Source: the human T2T-CHM13v2.0 reference genome, Homo sapiens
Assembly: GCF_009914755.1 (NCBI RefSeq)
Contig: NC_060942.1
DNA: 64,000 bases
Reading direction: 5' to 3' (one strand)
Part shown: positions 38,661 through 52,533 of the stretch, in pieces
Numbering within the stretch: the stretch's first letter is position 1
How the letters are laid out: each line of letters starts with the position of its first letter
Position numbers and translations under genes: made by a program
The notes under the pieces: generated by a model
What the model saw: only the letters and a program-made list of their open reading frames with translations
Database searches by the model: none
Told to the model about the DNA's origin: nothing

Positions 38661-39724
38661 TAATCAATTATATATGAGAGAGAGAAGAACCCTTATTTGA
38701 TCCTGCACTTTGATCTGCTCAGAGCCATGCACCCACCCTGCAGTGAGTGGGCCGGGCTCAGTGGTCGAGCAGGTGCAGACCCTCTGTGAGAGGGCAGCCT
38801 TCCAGGTCACTGCCAAGGCCCACGCTTCCCAGGAGCACTGCACCAGGTGCAGGAGCACTCGGGGCCCCACCCTGACCTGCCTCGCTCAGTGTTGAATGTA
38901 TTCCAACCATTCAATAGGGATAATGAGCAGCAAGAAATCCATCAGTCCCCTATCAGCCCTGTAATCCTGACCCTGTTTAACAAATCTGATGATACTTAGC
39001 ATATCAGCATGTTTGCTTTCTTTCCAGCAAACAGTCAAACATGATTAAATCTTTCCTCATTTCCATATTAATAGGACACCCGTGTGAGAAGAATTTAGGA
39101 AAGCACATTTCTGGAAATCTCATTTTTGATTTAAAATTTTTCAATGTTGTAATGAACAGAGACACACTGGCACGCAAAATTGTCCTCTCCTGCCAGGAGC
39201 TCCCTTTCCAGCAGCTTCCAGTGGTCAACAGCTGCATCACAAAATGCTCTCTTCTCCATCAGTTTCTTAGGACTGCAACTTGAGGGCATTTCTTGCTGTA
39301 CTCTCCTTACTGGGAAGAGAGGAGAGGGCTTCCTAGGGAGCTTGGGAAGTTATCTTCTCATACCTAAAGATGACAATGACATCCTTCTGTCCCCTTCCAG
39401 ATCTCAATCCTTTCCTATTCTAGTTGGATGTCCCATTTCTTCTTACTTTTCTGTAGGTTTGGGGCTGGGACATTGTGTGGCTGAGGAATGGAGAGAAATG
39501 GTGAATACAGTTCCCACTGTCCCCCAAATCTATCTTGCAGGCTGACAGCCTGTCATGCTCTCTTCTTCATGAAGGTTTGGGGTTGGGGGTTACAGCCCCA
39601 TCCTCTCCTGCACAGGCACTTTCCTACTGAAGAGACACTGGGGACAAGCTCAGCCTCTGGAGGCAGCATCACGGCTTCCTCAGGGACCTACGGTGTCATT
39701 TGGAACAAATAGCTCCCCAACACT

Positions 39725-39865
39725 GCTTCTTTACCTGTAAAAATTGGAATAATGTTAGTATCCACCTCATAAGATTGTTAGGAGGCATCTGAAATAAATG
39801 ATGCATTTGGAACACTTAGTGCACAGAATACAGCAAATGCCCAATAGAAGTTGGCTATTGTTATT
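39725..39865 (+). mobile_element. MIR 3' part
   Basis: cctgtaaaaattggaataatgttagtatccacctcataagattgttaggagg...cacttagtgcacag...caatagaagttggctattgttatt. Confidence 0.75.
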
Positions 39866-40249
39866 TTGTTTTTATTGCTCTAAATAATGCATCAGTATTC
39901 GCTGTTCCTTCCAGCATTCACAGCCGTGGAGAGAGAACTGTTCACTGCTACCATCCACACTTCTGGGCCCCTTCAGCAGCAGGGTGACAAGGAAGAGGGA
40001 AATCGACTTGGAAAAGAGGTGGGCTTCTGTCGCCCCTACTCTGCTACTGTGCTTCCATTCATTGTTGCCATAGAAAGAGCACTGCTCTGTGATGAGGAGA
40101 TGTGTGGGTTAGCCCCACCTTTGCCTCTCATCACTTAGGGGAATGCTCAGTTTCTTTAAGTTCTAAAACTTGGGGATTTCTCGGAACTTTCTTCCACTTT
40201 CTTGTATTCGTGAGTTGGGTGCAGTAAAGATGATTTATCTGTAGAGGAC

Positions 40250-40380
40250 TCACCAGAGCCCTGTGAGGCAGATTTTACAGGGGAAGAAAATGAGATCCAA
40301 ACTAAGGTTAAGTGACTTACTTAGGACTGGAACACAGGTCTTCTGGGTACAGACAAATTGTTTTTCCACATGGCACCACT
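40250..40380 (-). mobile_element. MIR fragment
   Basis: ccctgtgaggcagattttacaggggaagaaaatgaga...aggttaagtgacttac. Confidence 0.65.
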
Positions 40381-40867
40381 GACTCTCAGAAGACCAAGGA
40401 AGCCTGCTAGCTGAGAGACGCTGTGTTCCTACTGTGGCAGATTCACAGTTGACTTCTGTCCAGCAGGGCACTCCCTTTTCTCTCTAGAAGCTTTCCTGCC
40501 CAGACTCTGGAGTGCAGCCTCAGGCTAGCTTTTTAGTCACTGCATTCCCGTCTCCAGGTGTCTGACCCTGTTTCTGGAGTTACTGAGCTTCCTTCTGTTT
40601 CTGAATCCTGCCATCTGCACACCCTCAAGATACCAGCATTCTGGGTGTGCTTCAGACGACATGTGACTCTTGCTCTGTGAACCTTTCAAAATAATTTGGG
40701 GGTTTTCATACAAAACACAAAGCAACGAAAATGATCCTTTTTGTTTTGAGACGTAGGGTAAAGAGGATGAGGGGGGAAAGGGGAGGAGTGGTCCCTTCCC
40801 TTCCCTTCCCTCTGATTTCATCCCCTTTGAGTTCTAGATCAGTTGCCTTATATGCACCTGGGTTTTG

Positions 40868-41628
40868 GAAAAACTCTCAAATTGGTTTTCTCTCTGCTCT
40901 CACATCACCACAACACTAATCATCCATACAGAAGACTTGTGTGGCCAAATGCTGGGGGGATTTCCCACACATCAAGCAGCGGACACCAGCAGGATGTCCT
41001 CCAATTCCATTCTGACACTTTCTACCCAGAGAAAGCGTCAGATCCCACAGATTGAGGGCTCAGTCCCCAAGACCGCTCCCTGCCAGACACCAGTCAGAAA
41101 TCTGGACCTCCAAAACTTCTAACCAACTGGCTTCAAGTTGGGGTTCCCATGACCCCCTCTTTGTGTTTGACTAATTTGGGAAATACTTGCATTTGCTATT
41201 TATTATAAAGAATATTGCAAAGGATACAGATGAAGAGATGTGTAGGGTGAGGTATGGGGGAAAGGCACAGAGCTTTCATGCTGTCCCTGGATGCCACCCT
41301 CCAGGAAACTCCGTGTGTTCAACTATTCAGCAGTGCTCCAAACCCAGTCCTCCTGGGTTTTTATGGAAGCTTCATGACCCCAGCATTCCTTCCCCCCAGG
41401 TATAGGGCTGGATCCTCTCTGGGGAGGGTCTCAACCCACAGTCAGAAAGGCAGGGAAGATTAGAGTCCTGCCTTTGTGCAGGTGAAAGGAGGGTAGGAGG
41501 AGGTCAGAGAGATTCTGTTTCCTGAGGCCCCACACACCCAAAATTATAACACAAATCTGTAACGGGGCTGTGGGGGTTATGAGCCAGGAACTGCGGATGA
41601 AAACATATGTATATATCATAACAGCACA
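40868..41628 (-). mobile_element. MER21A-like LTR
   Basis: gcggacaccagcagg...gcgtcagatcccacagattgagggctcagtccccaagac...ttggggttcccatgacccc...aaaggatacagatgaagag...gttatgagccaggaactgcggatgaaaac...cataacagcaca. Confidence 0.85.
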
Positions 41629-43773
41629 ACCTGCCTGAGTCTGCCTGTCCTAGGGAGGCCACATGTGGTCTTACTTCCCAGTAGATTACAGAGAGCTGCT
41701 CTGTTCTGGCCTCCCGGTTTCATCCTCGCCACGGGCTTCTAGATCCCTGTGTCTTTGAATGTTTGCCTGGGAAACACCATATGTGTGAACTAAGTTTATA
41801 AAGCAGCATGTTTAAGAATAAATTTCAAGATGCTATTTTTCAGCAGCCTATGAATCACTTAAACTCATTTGCAAAATAAACCATTTGCCAGGGGAAATTC
41901 ATTTTTGATGACCGTAGAGAGAATGGAAGTCGTAATTCATGGGGCTTCTCCCTCCTGGTCGTCGTGAGCTATTTTCCCAGGAGGGATAAGCACGACCAGC
42001 CACATAACTTTTAAACTCAAGTTCTTGAGAAATAAAAATATATATAACATATCCTGTCGACTCAGACTATGGTTTTCAGAGCTGCATGCCATTTTGTCAA
42101 ACAACTTGGGGCTTTATTTTGGTCTTTCACCAGAAGTAGAAAGATGAATATTATAATAAAGATTTTATAGAGTTGCTATATGCCTTGATTTACCAAGGAA
42201 CCATTTATTTCACCACCTGGCAATAAAAAAAAGTATCTGAAAGATACTTCCCCAGAAGGAATGTTAAGCAAGAGATGGGTTCTCAGACGAAATGTGGCTG
42301 GTGTGTCTCTGATGGGTGGAGGGGATGCAGGCAACGATGATCAAGATTTGCCATCCACATTGCCAGGTTTCAAATGCGTTGCTTTCATTTTATCACTTTG
42401 TGCTGCCTTTTTTGTGTCTGTGATGCTTGGCTGAATTGTGCCTCTTCAGCTTTCTCTGCTCAGTGTGTTGTTTTTAATATCTTTATCTGGAGAAGGGGAG
42501 CTGGGGCCTAGTAATGATGAAAGATACGTGCAGAAAGCAATCAGCACCACTTCATCAGGAGCAAAGCCACTATGTAGGTCATTTACGTGGATCAGAGCCC
42601 CTTGCATCAATCTCACTTTCTTCAGAGAGCGTCCAGGGCTATGCCAGGGAATCATCTAGTGAGAGGAGGCACGTCACAGGGATTTGCACTGGGAATCGCT
42701 GACCATTTCCAGATGGAGTGCAGCAGGATCAAGGAATTGCAGGAATGCTCTTGTTTACTTGTCATGATAATTGTACAAATAGTGCTGGCTTCCCTTTTCT
42801 AGCATATTTTCTTTTAGCAATTCCAGACATGGCTACGTTTCTAAAATCAATCGTGATTAGGCCTTCAGGGATCAAACCAATCACACTGACTTTACCGAGT
42901 GATCGGTATATAAACCCTGCATGGTGGTTGAATGTTGAAAGAATGCCGTGAAATGGGGCTTCTATGCTGGCACAGAAGCAAGTCCCAGGTCTGTGCTGAA
43001 TAGAATTCAGTTGCTTCTGGCTTTCGTGGTGACCACGGAGTAAGAAAATCTTGGCTCGTTCTAATCTGGTTCCATACAGCCTAGTGAGTAGAAAGCAAAT
43101 TGGGTTTTTGCTTAGACTTAACAACAGCACGCATGCATGCCTGCCTGGTGTGCAGTGTGAAACTATTTTTCTTAATGTAAACATTGAGACAGCAGGAGCC
43201 AAGTCCTATGTCTGATGTTCAAGGAACAGTCAGACATTATTTCATTGCTTTTTAATATTTTTTTTAACTCTCTGAGCTTTCAGCCTTCCTGCATGTCAGG
43301 CCCTAAGTACAGTGGACCTAGGTAGGAGAGGGCAGGGACGGGGGAGCTTCCCAGGCTGCAGTTTCCTGTGAGTTTGGAGGTTGGGGGTTGGAAATTGGGT
43401 TAGGCTCCAATCAGTCACTGCTCAACGTTGTTGAATGCATTATCCTTGTCTACACAACGGTGCTTCAGGACTCTGTATGTATGTGCATGTATGTGCTGTC
43501 CTATCCCTGAGCACAGGGGCTGTCCTTCATTCATCTGTTTATATCCCATGGCTAACACAGTGCTTGTCCTCAATGAGTCTGGGAGACAATACCATCTTTT
43601 AAGGAAGAAGCCCAGAGTTATAGCTCTGAATTAACTTTATGCCAAAATACACCCCCCATCCCCGAACATACACACAACAAATTAGCAACTAAAGGGATAC
43701 TATAACAAGAAAAGCTTTATGAGTTGGCCAGCATGAACCCTAATAACAGTAGGTGCCTCTTAATATGATATAA

Positions 43774-44600
<827 letters not shown>

Positions 44601-44827
44601 AGAAAATAAAATAGCAATTTGACAAGAAGGGGAAGGACATTCTAATGCAAGGCATCACATGAGCTCTTAGGCATGGAGGTAAGAATCAGTGTGGTAGGCT
44701 CTGGGACCTACAGGGTGCTTGACATTGCTAGACTGTCAGATTCACATGAGCGAAGCTGACAGTGGAGTGGAAAAGCAGGACCCCCCATGCTGTCATGGAG
44801 CTTGGACTTGGGAACCACTGGAGGCTT

Positions 44828-47800
44828 CTTTTTAAATAACAGCTTTACTGAGAGACGATTTATATACCATCAAGTGCACACTTTTAAAGTGTGTGATTCA
44901 CATGGACACATGGGGGGAACAACACACACTGGGCCCTGTTGGTCAGGGGTTGTGGGAGGGAGAATAGCTAATGGATGCTGGGCTTAATACCTAGGTAATG
45001 GGTTGATCTGTGCAGCAAACCACCATGGCACACGTTTACCTATGTAACAAATCTGCACATCCTGCACATGTACCCCGGAACTTAAAATACAAGTCAAAAA
45101 AAAAAAGATAAAGCGTGTGATTCAGTGGTTTGGGGTATATTCCAAGAGCTGTGCATCCATCACCACTATCTAATTCTAGACCATTTAGATCACACCAATT
45201 TGAAACCCTATACCCATCAGCAGTCACTCCCCACTCCCCTCACTGCCCCAGCACCTGGCTAACACAAATTTGCTTTTCTGTCTCTATTTATTTGCCTATT
45301 CTGGACATTTCATATAGACAGAATCCTAGAATATATGACATTTTCTGTCTGGCTTCTTTCACTTAGCATGCTTTCAATGATTATTCATGTTGTAACATAT
45401 GTCAAAACTACTCTCTTTTTTATGTTCAAATAATATTTTATTGTATGGATATACCACATTTTGTTTCTCAGTTGATGGACATATGTGTTAGTTCCATTTT
45501 TGGCCATTATGATTACTGCTGCTATAAACATTCATGTACAAGTTTTTGTGTGGACATTTGATTTGAATTCTCCTGATGATATACCTAGCAGTTTAACATT
45601 TTAAGAGCTGTCAAATTGTTTCTCAAGACCATTGAACCATTTACATTCCCACCAGCAATGTATGGGGGTTCAAATCTCTCCACTACTCACCAAGACTTAA
45701 AATTGTCTTTTAAATCATAACCATGCTAATGGGGATTGATATCTCATTGTGGTTTTGATTTGCATTTTTCTAGTGAATAATGAGGTTGAGCATATTTCAT
45801 GTGTTTTTTGGCCATTTGTATACATTATTTGAAGAAATATCTATTCAAATCCTTTGCCCATTTTCAAATTATTTTACCTCTCATTTTATTGTTCAGTTAT
45901 AAGGGTTTTTTAGATAGTCTAGACACACGACCCTTACTGGGTATATGATTTGCAAACATTATTTTCTCCCACTGTGTGTATTGTCCTTTCACATTTTTAT
46001 GTGGTCCTTTGAAGGACAAAATTTTTGAATTTCATGAAATTCAATTTATCTTTTTTTTTCCTTTTGTCACTCATACTTTTCATGTTATATCTAATAAGTC
46101 ATTGTCTAATCTGAGGTCACAAAGATTTACTCTCATGGTTTTCCCCTCATCCCCAAAAAGTTTTATACTTTTAGCTCTTACATTTATGTCCCATCCATTT
46201 TGAGTTAACTTTTCTACATGGTGTGAAGTAGGGGCTCAACTTTATTCATTAGCCTGTGGATATCCTATTTTCCTAGCATCACTTGTTGAGAAGACTATTC
46301 TTTTTCCCATTGAATGGCCTTGGCACCCTTGTTGAAAATCAATTGACCATAAATGTACAGGTTTATTTCTGGGCTGTCAATTCTATCCCATTGATATATC
46401 TGTGTAAGCCAGTGCAATACGGCTTACTGTAGTAGTGAGTTTTGAAACTCGGAAATGGGAGTTCTATAACTTTGTTCTTTATTTTCAAGGCTATGTTGGT
46501 TATTCTGGGCCCCTTGTATTTCTAAGCAGTAGGTTAAAAAAGAAAGAAAGAAAGAAAAGGTCCAGAAAGAAGAAAAGCCAGCTGGGAGCTTCATAAAAAT
46601 GCATTGTATCTGCAGATCAATTTAGGGAATATTACCATTTAACAATATTAAGTTTTGTAATCCATGAACATGAGTTGTCTTTCCATTTATTTATATCTTC
46701 TTCCTTTCAATTATATTTTATAGTTTTCAGAGTATAGGTTTTGTAGTTCTTTCTTTTAAATTTATTCCTAAGTATTTATTATATTTGTTGATACTGTGAA
46801 TTGAATTGTTTTCTTGTTTTTATTTTTGGATTGTTCATTTTTAGTGTGTAGAAATATAGTTGATTTTTGTATATTGAGCATGTAAACTTACTGAACTTGC
46901 TTATTATTTCTAATAGTACTCTAATGGATTTCTTAAAATTATCTTTATGCAAGATTATATCATCTCTGAATAGAGATGGTTTTATTGCTTCATTTCCTAT
47001 CTATATACCTTTTCTTTTTCCTGGCTGATTGCCCTGGCTAGAACCTCCAGTACAATGTTAATAGAGGTGGCAAGAGTAAATGTCCTCATCATGTTTCTGA
47101 TCTTAGGGAGAAAGCATCATTTCTTCATCTGATGTTAGCTATCGGTTTTTTACAGTCTTTATCATATTGAGGAGTTCCCTTTCTTTGCTAGTTTGCTGAA
47201 CGTTTGTTTGTTTTTATCCTGAAGGGGGTGTTGGATTTTGTCAAATGCTTTTTCTCCATCTGTTGAGATGATCATGTGCTTTTCCCCCTTTATTCTACTA
47301 ATGAATCTATTACATTGATTGATTTTTGTTGAACCACTCTTATGTTTTTGTGATAAATCCCACTTTGCCATGATATATAATCCTTTTAATACGCTGCTGT
47401 ATTCGGTTTGGTAATATTTTGAAGATTTTTATGTTACATTCATCAGGAGTATCGGTATATAGTTTTCTTATAATGTCTTAATCTGCCCTTGATATTACGG
47501 TAATAGTGATCTCAAAGAATGAGTTGGGGAAGTGGTAGCTCGTCTTTTATTTTATAAAAGAGTTTGTAAAGGATTGGTGGTAATTTGGTCTTAATGTTTT
47601 ACCCATGGTAAAATTCATCAGTGAAGCCACCTGGGGCTTGGCTTTTTTTATGGGAAGTTTTATGAATGCTAATTCAATTTTTTTACTTGTCATAGGTCTA
47701 TTCAGTTTTTATATCTCTTTGTGAGTCAGTTTCAGTAACTTGCATCTAAGAAATTGCCCATTTTATGTAGGATATCTAATTTGCTGGCATACAATTGTTC

Positions 47801-48125
47801 ATAGTATTCTCTTATAATCCAGTAGTGATATTTCCTCTCTCATTTCTGATTTTACTAATTGGAGGTTTTGTTTTTTATTTCTTGGCCACTCTGGCTAAAC
47901 ATTTGTTAATTTCATTGATCTTTCAAAGACACAACATTTGATTTCATTAATTTTTTTCTACTGCTTTTCTATTCTCTATTTCAATTATTTCTGCTCTAGT
48001 CTTTATCATTTCCTTCCTTCTGCATATTTTGGTTTAATTTGCTTTACTTTCTATAGTTTCTTAAGGTACAAAGTTAGATTATTGATTTGAGATCATTTTT
48101 CTTTTTAATACTGGCTCATATAAAT
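44828..48125 (-). mobile_element. L1MB-type element: 3'UTR and ~2.5 kb of decayed ORF2
   Basis: aacagctttactgag...cagcagtcactcccc...ttttacattcccaccagcaatg...gttgaaaatcaattgacca; ORF 47162-47371 KHMIISTDGEKAFDKIQHP is the L1 RT motif. Confidence 0.93.
44901..45109 (+). mobile_element. Short L1PA (PA13-16-like) 3' end inserted antisense into L1MB
   Basis: catggacaca...gggcttaatacctagg...caaaccaccatggcacacgtttacctatgtaacaaatctgcacatcctgcacatgtacccc plus A tail; TSD aaagtgtgtgattca (44886-44900) / aaagcgtgtgattca (45110-45124). Confidence 0.93.
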
Positions 48126-48770
48126 TCTGAGCTATAGCTAAGCATGGGAGGGAGGGCTATCAGCAGACATGTCAGACATGCAGCCCTGCCTTATGCCCAG
48201 TTCCATAGTTGTTCACTCACAAGGATTCCTGTGGCAATCCATGACAAAATTTTTATGCTAGAATGAACCTCAGTGATTTTCTAATCTCCTTCCACTCCAC
48301 TTTCCAGGAACCTGAGGCCCAGAGAGATTAAGTGACCTTCCACAAGGTCACACAATCAAGGGCAGTAGTAGTAGTATCTGTGTACATCAGTCTAAGTTTT
48401 GCCAACTTTCCTTAAATGGGAATAGCCAGATCATGTCTACTGTATCTTAGTAATATAACTTCTTAATTACAAGGAGACCTTACAATGTTAGCTATAGAGA
48501 ACAGCTGCCTTAAAGTAATTTCATAAGAATTTTCTGTCAGTAGTCTAAAGAGGGACACACCCAGGGTTCTACTTGAGCCACAAATGGGCTGTTCTCCCCT
48601 AAAGACCTTCAGTCGGAATCTCATAGATATGAAAATCGATATTCCTAGATATGGGCTACCACGTGGATGATTAGGGTGTTTTGTGTGAGGCAGGAAAGCT
48701 TGCTTGTAGAGCGATCTGACTTGAAAAGGGTACTTATGTATTCCCTGATGGGAATCAGAATTGGTCCTGG

Positions 48771-49762
48771 TGAAAAAGAAAAAGAATCTCTGGCAATAAC
48801 AAAGGCTGGAGAAGATATAGAGAAAAGGGAACTCTTGTACACTGTTGGTAGGAATGTAAATTAGTACAACCACTATGGAGAACAGTTTGGAGGTTCATCA
48901 GAAAACTAAAAATAAAGCCACCATATAATCCAGTAATATCCCTGATAGGCATACACCCAAAAGAAAGGAAATCAGGATATTGAAGTAATACCTCCACACC
49001 TGCATTTATTGCAGCACTCTTCCTAATAGCCAACATTTGAAAGCAACCTAAGTGCTCATCAACAGAATAATAGATAAAGAAAATATGGTACATACACATA
49101 ATGGAGTACTAGTCAGCCGTAAAAAGAATGAGATCCTGTCATTTACAGCAACATGGATGGAACTGGAGGTCATTATTGTTAAATGAAACAAGCCAGATAC
49201 AGAAAGAAAAACATCACATATTCTCACTTATTTGTGGAATCTAAAAATCAAAATACTGAACTCATGGAGATAGAGAGTAGAAGGACGATTACTGAGGGCT
49301 GGGAGGGATAGTGGCAGAGTGAAAGGAAGTGGGGATGGTTAATGGGTACAAAGAATAATTAGAATGAATGAATAAGACCTAGTAATTGATAGTACAACGG
49401 GGTGACTATATATGTAGATATATATACATATATGACTATATATATGACTATATATACATATATGACTATATATATTACTACATATATGACTATATATATG
49501 ACTATATATGACTATATATATGACTATATATATAGAGAGAGAATCAATACTAATTTAATTGTACATTTAAAAATAACTAAAAGGGTACAATTGGATTGTT
49601 TAAACACAAAGGATAAATGCTTGAGGGGATGGGTACCCTATTTACCATGATGTGATTATTATGCATCCTTTTATCAAAACATTTCATGTACCTCATAAAT
49701 ATACACACCTCCTTTAATTTTTATGTAGCCACAAAAATTAAAAATAAATTTCTTAAAAAACA
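48771..49762 (+). mobile_element. L1MA (MA2/3-like) 5'-truncated insertion
   Basis: ORF2 end plus 3'UTR (gggatggttaatgggtacaaa, aacacaaaggataaatgcttgagggga); perfect 14-bp TSD agaattggtcctgg at 48757-48770 and 49763-49776. Confidence 0.93.
49402..49541. repeat. (TGACTATATA)n-type minisatellite inside the L1MA 3'UTR
   Basis: Repeated tgactatata(ta) units ending in a (GA)n stretch. Confidence 0.93.
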
Positions 49763-51424
49763 AGAATTGGTCCTGGAGTTTCAGACAGGGCTGAGCCCCA
49801 AGAAGGGTTAAGTTGGCACAGCCTTCTTGGTTAAGGGCTTTGGAAGCAGGGGCATGCAGGTCACACAGTGATGCCAGGTGTCAGGGCAGCAATAAAATAA
49901 GAAGGCTAATAAAGTTCTTTGTTCTGAGATAATGCAAGGAGGCAGAATGGAGAGGCCAAGAGAGAAGCCTAGAAGCAAGGGCCAGGAAGAGTGGGGAGAA
50001 GATAGATACTAGTGAGGGGTGGGAAGAGGGGTGGGAGGCTCTGGGGGCCAAACTGGGAGGGCCAAACATGCTGTGGAAAATGACCTTTCCCTCCAGGGGC
50101 GAAAAGGAGGCTTAAGGACATAATTTGGCCTTGGTGGAAGAGGAGAGGGTCAGCCAGAAGCAGGTCCAGAGTCAGGGTAAGAACTGTGTTCATTCTCCCT
50201 GGAAGCTCAATGCCTGCCCCAGCATGAGAGCTGGTCATTCTCCTCCACGTGCTCCCCCCCACATCAGGAGCCCTGCTCCTCAGCAGCCTTCCACTCTGAG
50301 CTCTGGAAGAACCTCAATCACAGAGTCCCCTTCCCCTTGTGCTCACCACTCAGAATTAGCAACTGCTTTCCCCACATGGCAATATGCACCCCAGAGAAAT
50401 AGATCTGAATCTTACCTTCCTCTTCCCTAGCCCAGAGGAAGGACTTTGGGATCAAAGAAGGGCAAGGGAAGACACATAACAGGAGCTGGAGAGGCTGGTG
50501 CTAGGGACCTGGGTCGATCTATGTCTCCCAAGGACCTGCCCCACATGTGTTCATCCCCAGGAATGTGCTTCTTTCTCTCAGGCAGCTTTGTTGGCAGGGT
50601 TGTGGCTCATGTGTCAATGTCTCAGGTCCTGTTTGGTGGCGGTGAGGATGCAGACAGGAAAACATGTAATGGATTTTGAGCAGAAGGTCTGGATTTCTGG
50701 GTCACAGTAGAGAAGCCCCCAAAGTGGAGACCCTGAATTGCTCTTCAATCAAAATTTTGTGTGGATTCAGCCTCCACCTCAAAGTTTTGCCCCCAGGTGA
50801 CACTGATAAAAAACGAATTCTCCTATAAGAGGTGGAAACACACTTCGGCGGTTCAGTTGAAGCTTAGCTTGCTTTTGCATCATATGGGAGGATGACTTCT
50901 CCAACGACACCTGCTTCATTGTGCCCATAGAGAGTCCATTGATAGTAGCACCGCTTATAGAGAAATATCCTTCTTCGATTTTTCTTTTACCTACATTGGA
51001 AGAGTAGTTATGAACACACTGGAGTAACTGCCAAGATATTAGCAGGAATTCATTTACCATATTATCTGTAAGTGTCCAACCATGAGTACTTTGGGGCAGT
51101 AAGGAAATGCCACCTTCCATTATAATTGAAGCAAGAACAGAGGTGGTGTTGGGTTGGGCAAGAGGATGACCATTTGTGCCCTGAGAGAAGGCAGAGCATC
51201 TCTAAGTTAGGACTCTGATGACAAAAATTAAAAGTTGTCATTTTACTGAGTGTTCCCCAACCCAAGAGAATATTTAAATCCATGATATTTCTGCCTCAAG
51301 ATGCATTTAATTTCTGGCTAATTGAGTTAGATTACAAATCACATCTGTTTACCATAAACAGAAACCCAGTTAGACTTCACTATTCCCATCTGAGTCACTC
51401 AGCTAATTAAATTCCTGATTTATC

Positions 51425-51426
<2 letters not shown>

Positions 51427-51465
<39 letters not shown>
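51427..51465. repeat. (TATC)9 tetranucleotide STR
   Basis: Seen directly. Confidence 0.97.
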
Positions 51466-51759
51466 GTATATCATCTCTATCTCTCTATTTCTCTCTTCCT
51501 CAAGTCACATTGCCTGTGGTAAGTCCACCTCATGACTTCTCAAGACGAAAACCAGCCCTATGGATGTACAGCCCCCATGACATCAGACAACCTTAGATGC
51601 TCCAGTTTAGGGGATCAACACCTCAAAGGTCACAATTTACTCTCCTAATTCAATCTGCCTCCTAGTCAATACAGCAACTCACAATGAGGAACACTTTCTT
51701 GAGAAATGATAGACTCCACACCATTTTTTTGGAATGCAAGTTAATTTTTGTAATATCCT

Positions 51760-51900
51760 TTCCAATGTACAAAGCATCTTCATCTATCATCTCATTGATC
51801 CTTACATTAAAATAATCCAGTGAGTTAGGTAAAACCCATAGTATCATTATAACTGAAGTTCAGAGAGGTTAAAGGGACTTTGTTTAATGTCACAGAAGAA
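51760..51900 (-). mobile_element. MIR, split by the ERV and resuming at ~59631
   Basis: atctcattgatccttac...aactgaagttcagagaggttaaagggac...gtcacag; continues ctagcaagt... after the far LTR. Confidence 0.65.
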
Positions 51901-51901
51901 G

Positions 51902-52533
51902 TGTAGGAGCCAAGGAGGAGCTTTCCCTTTAGCTCTCTGAAGTTTTACTGAAAAATCAACTCATAAAAGGCAGATTAACTGGAGAAAAGGCATAGATATT
52001 TATTTAATGTGTACACACTGGAGCCTTCAGAATGAAGACCCAAAGATACAGGGGAAATTGTCCATTTACACGCTTAAGTTTGTCAAAGTATAAAGAGTCA
52101 TGTCGAAATACAACTGTACAGAAAAGATATGATCTAATGCTAGTAGACTAATTGGAGAAATCCAGCAAGATCTGTCCATCTAGATTCTTCTTGGGCTCTC
52201 TGAGCTTGCATTCCTTCCTCTAAGTGTAAGGTAGGACCCCCTACAGTAAAACAAAGTAGATTAGATAATTTCCTTATGGCCAGTTTTTACACAGAAGGAT
52301 GGAGGGAAAGTTAGAGTAATATGATATTGTTACATCTGATGGCTGGCTTTGGCGAAAAGGGAGTCTGGTTTCTACCACTTGCTTTGTGGAAAGGGATTCC
52401 AGTTTCTATGGCTAGCCTTAGAGAAGAATGGGACTGAGAGATAAGAGGGCAGGAGAAGGTCAGAGAAAAACTTCTGCTTCTGTGGCTGTTTCTGAGGCCT
52501 TCATTTTGGGGTATTATTTTCTGAGCCCCAGCA
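51902..52533 (-). mobile_element. 3' LTR of the provirus
   Basis: tgtagga...ctgagccccagca; aligns by eye to 58677-59630. Confidence 0.9.

Noticed and set aside
42512-42702. Possible C/D box snoRNA (ATGATGA ... CTGA)
   Set aside because: Boxes are ~185 nt apart with no terminal stem
47162-47371. Reverse-transcriptase-like peptide
   Set aside because: Fragment of a dead L1MB ORF2 with many stops and frameshifts
49402-49650. Repetitive MTIY peptide ORF, superficially array-like
   Set aside because: Minisatellite within L1; no unique spacers, so neither CRISPR nor a gene
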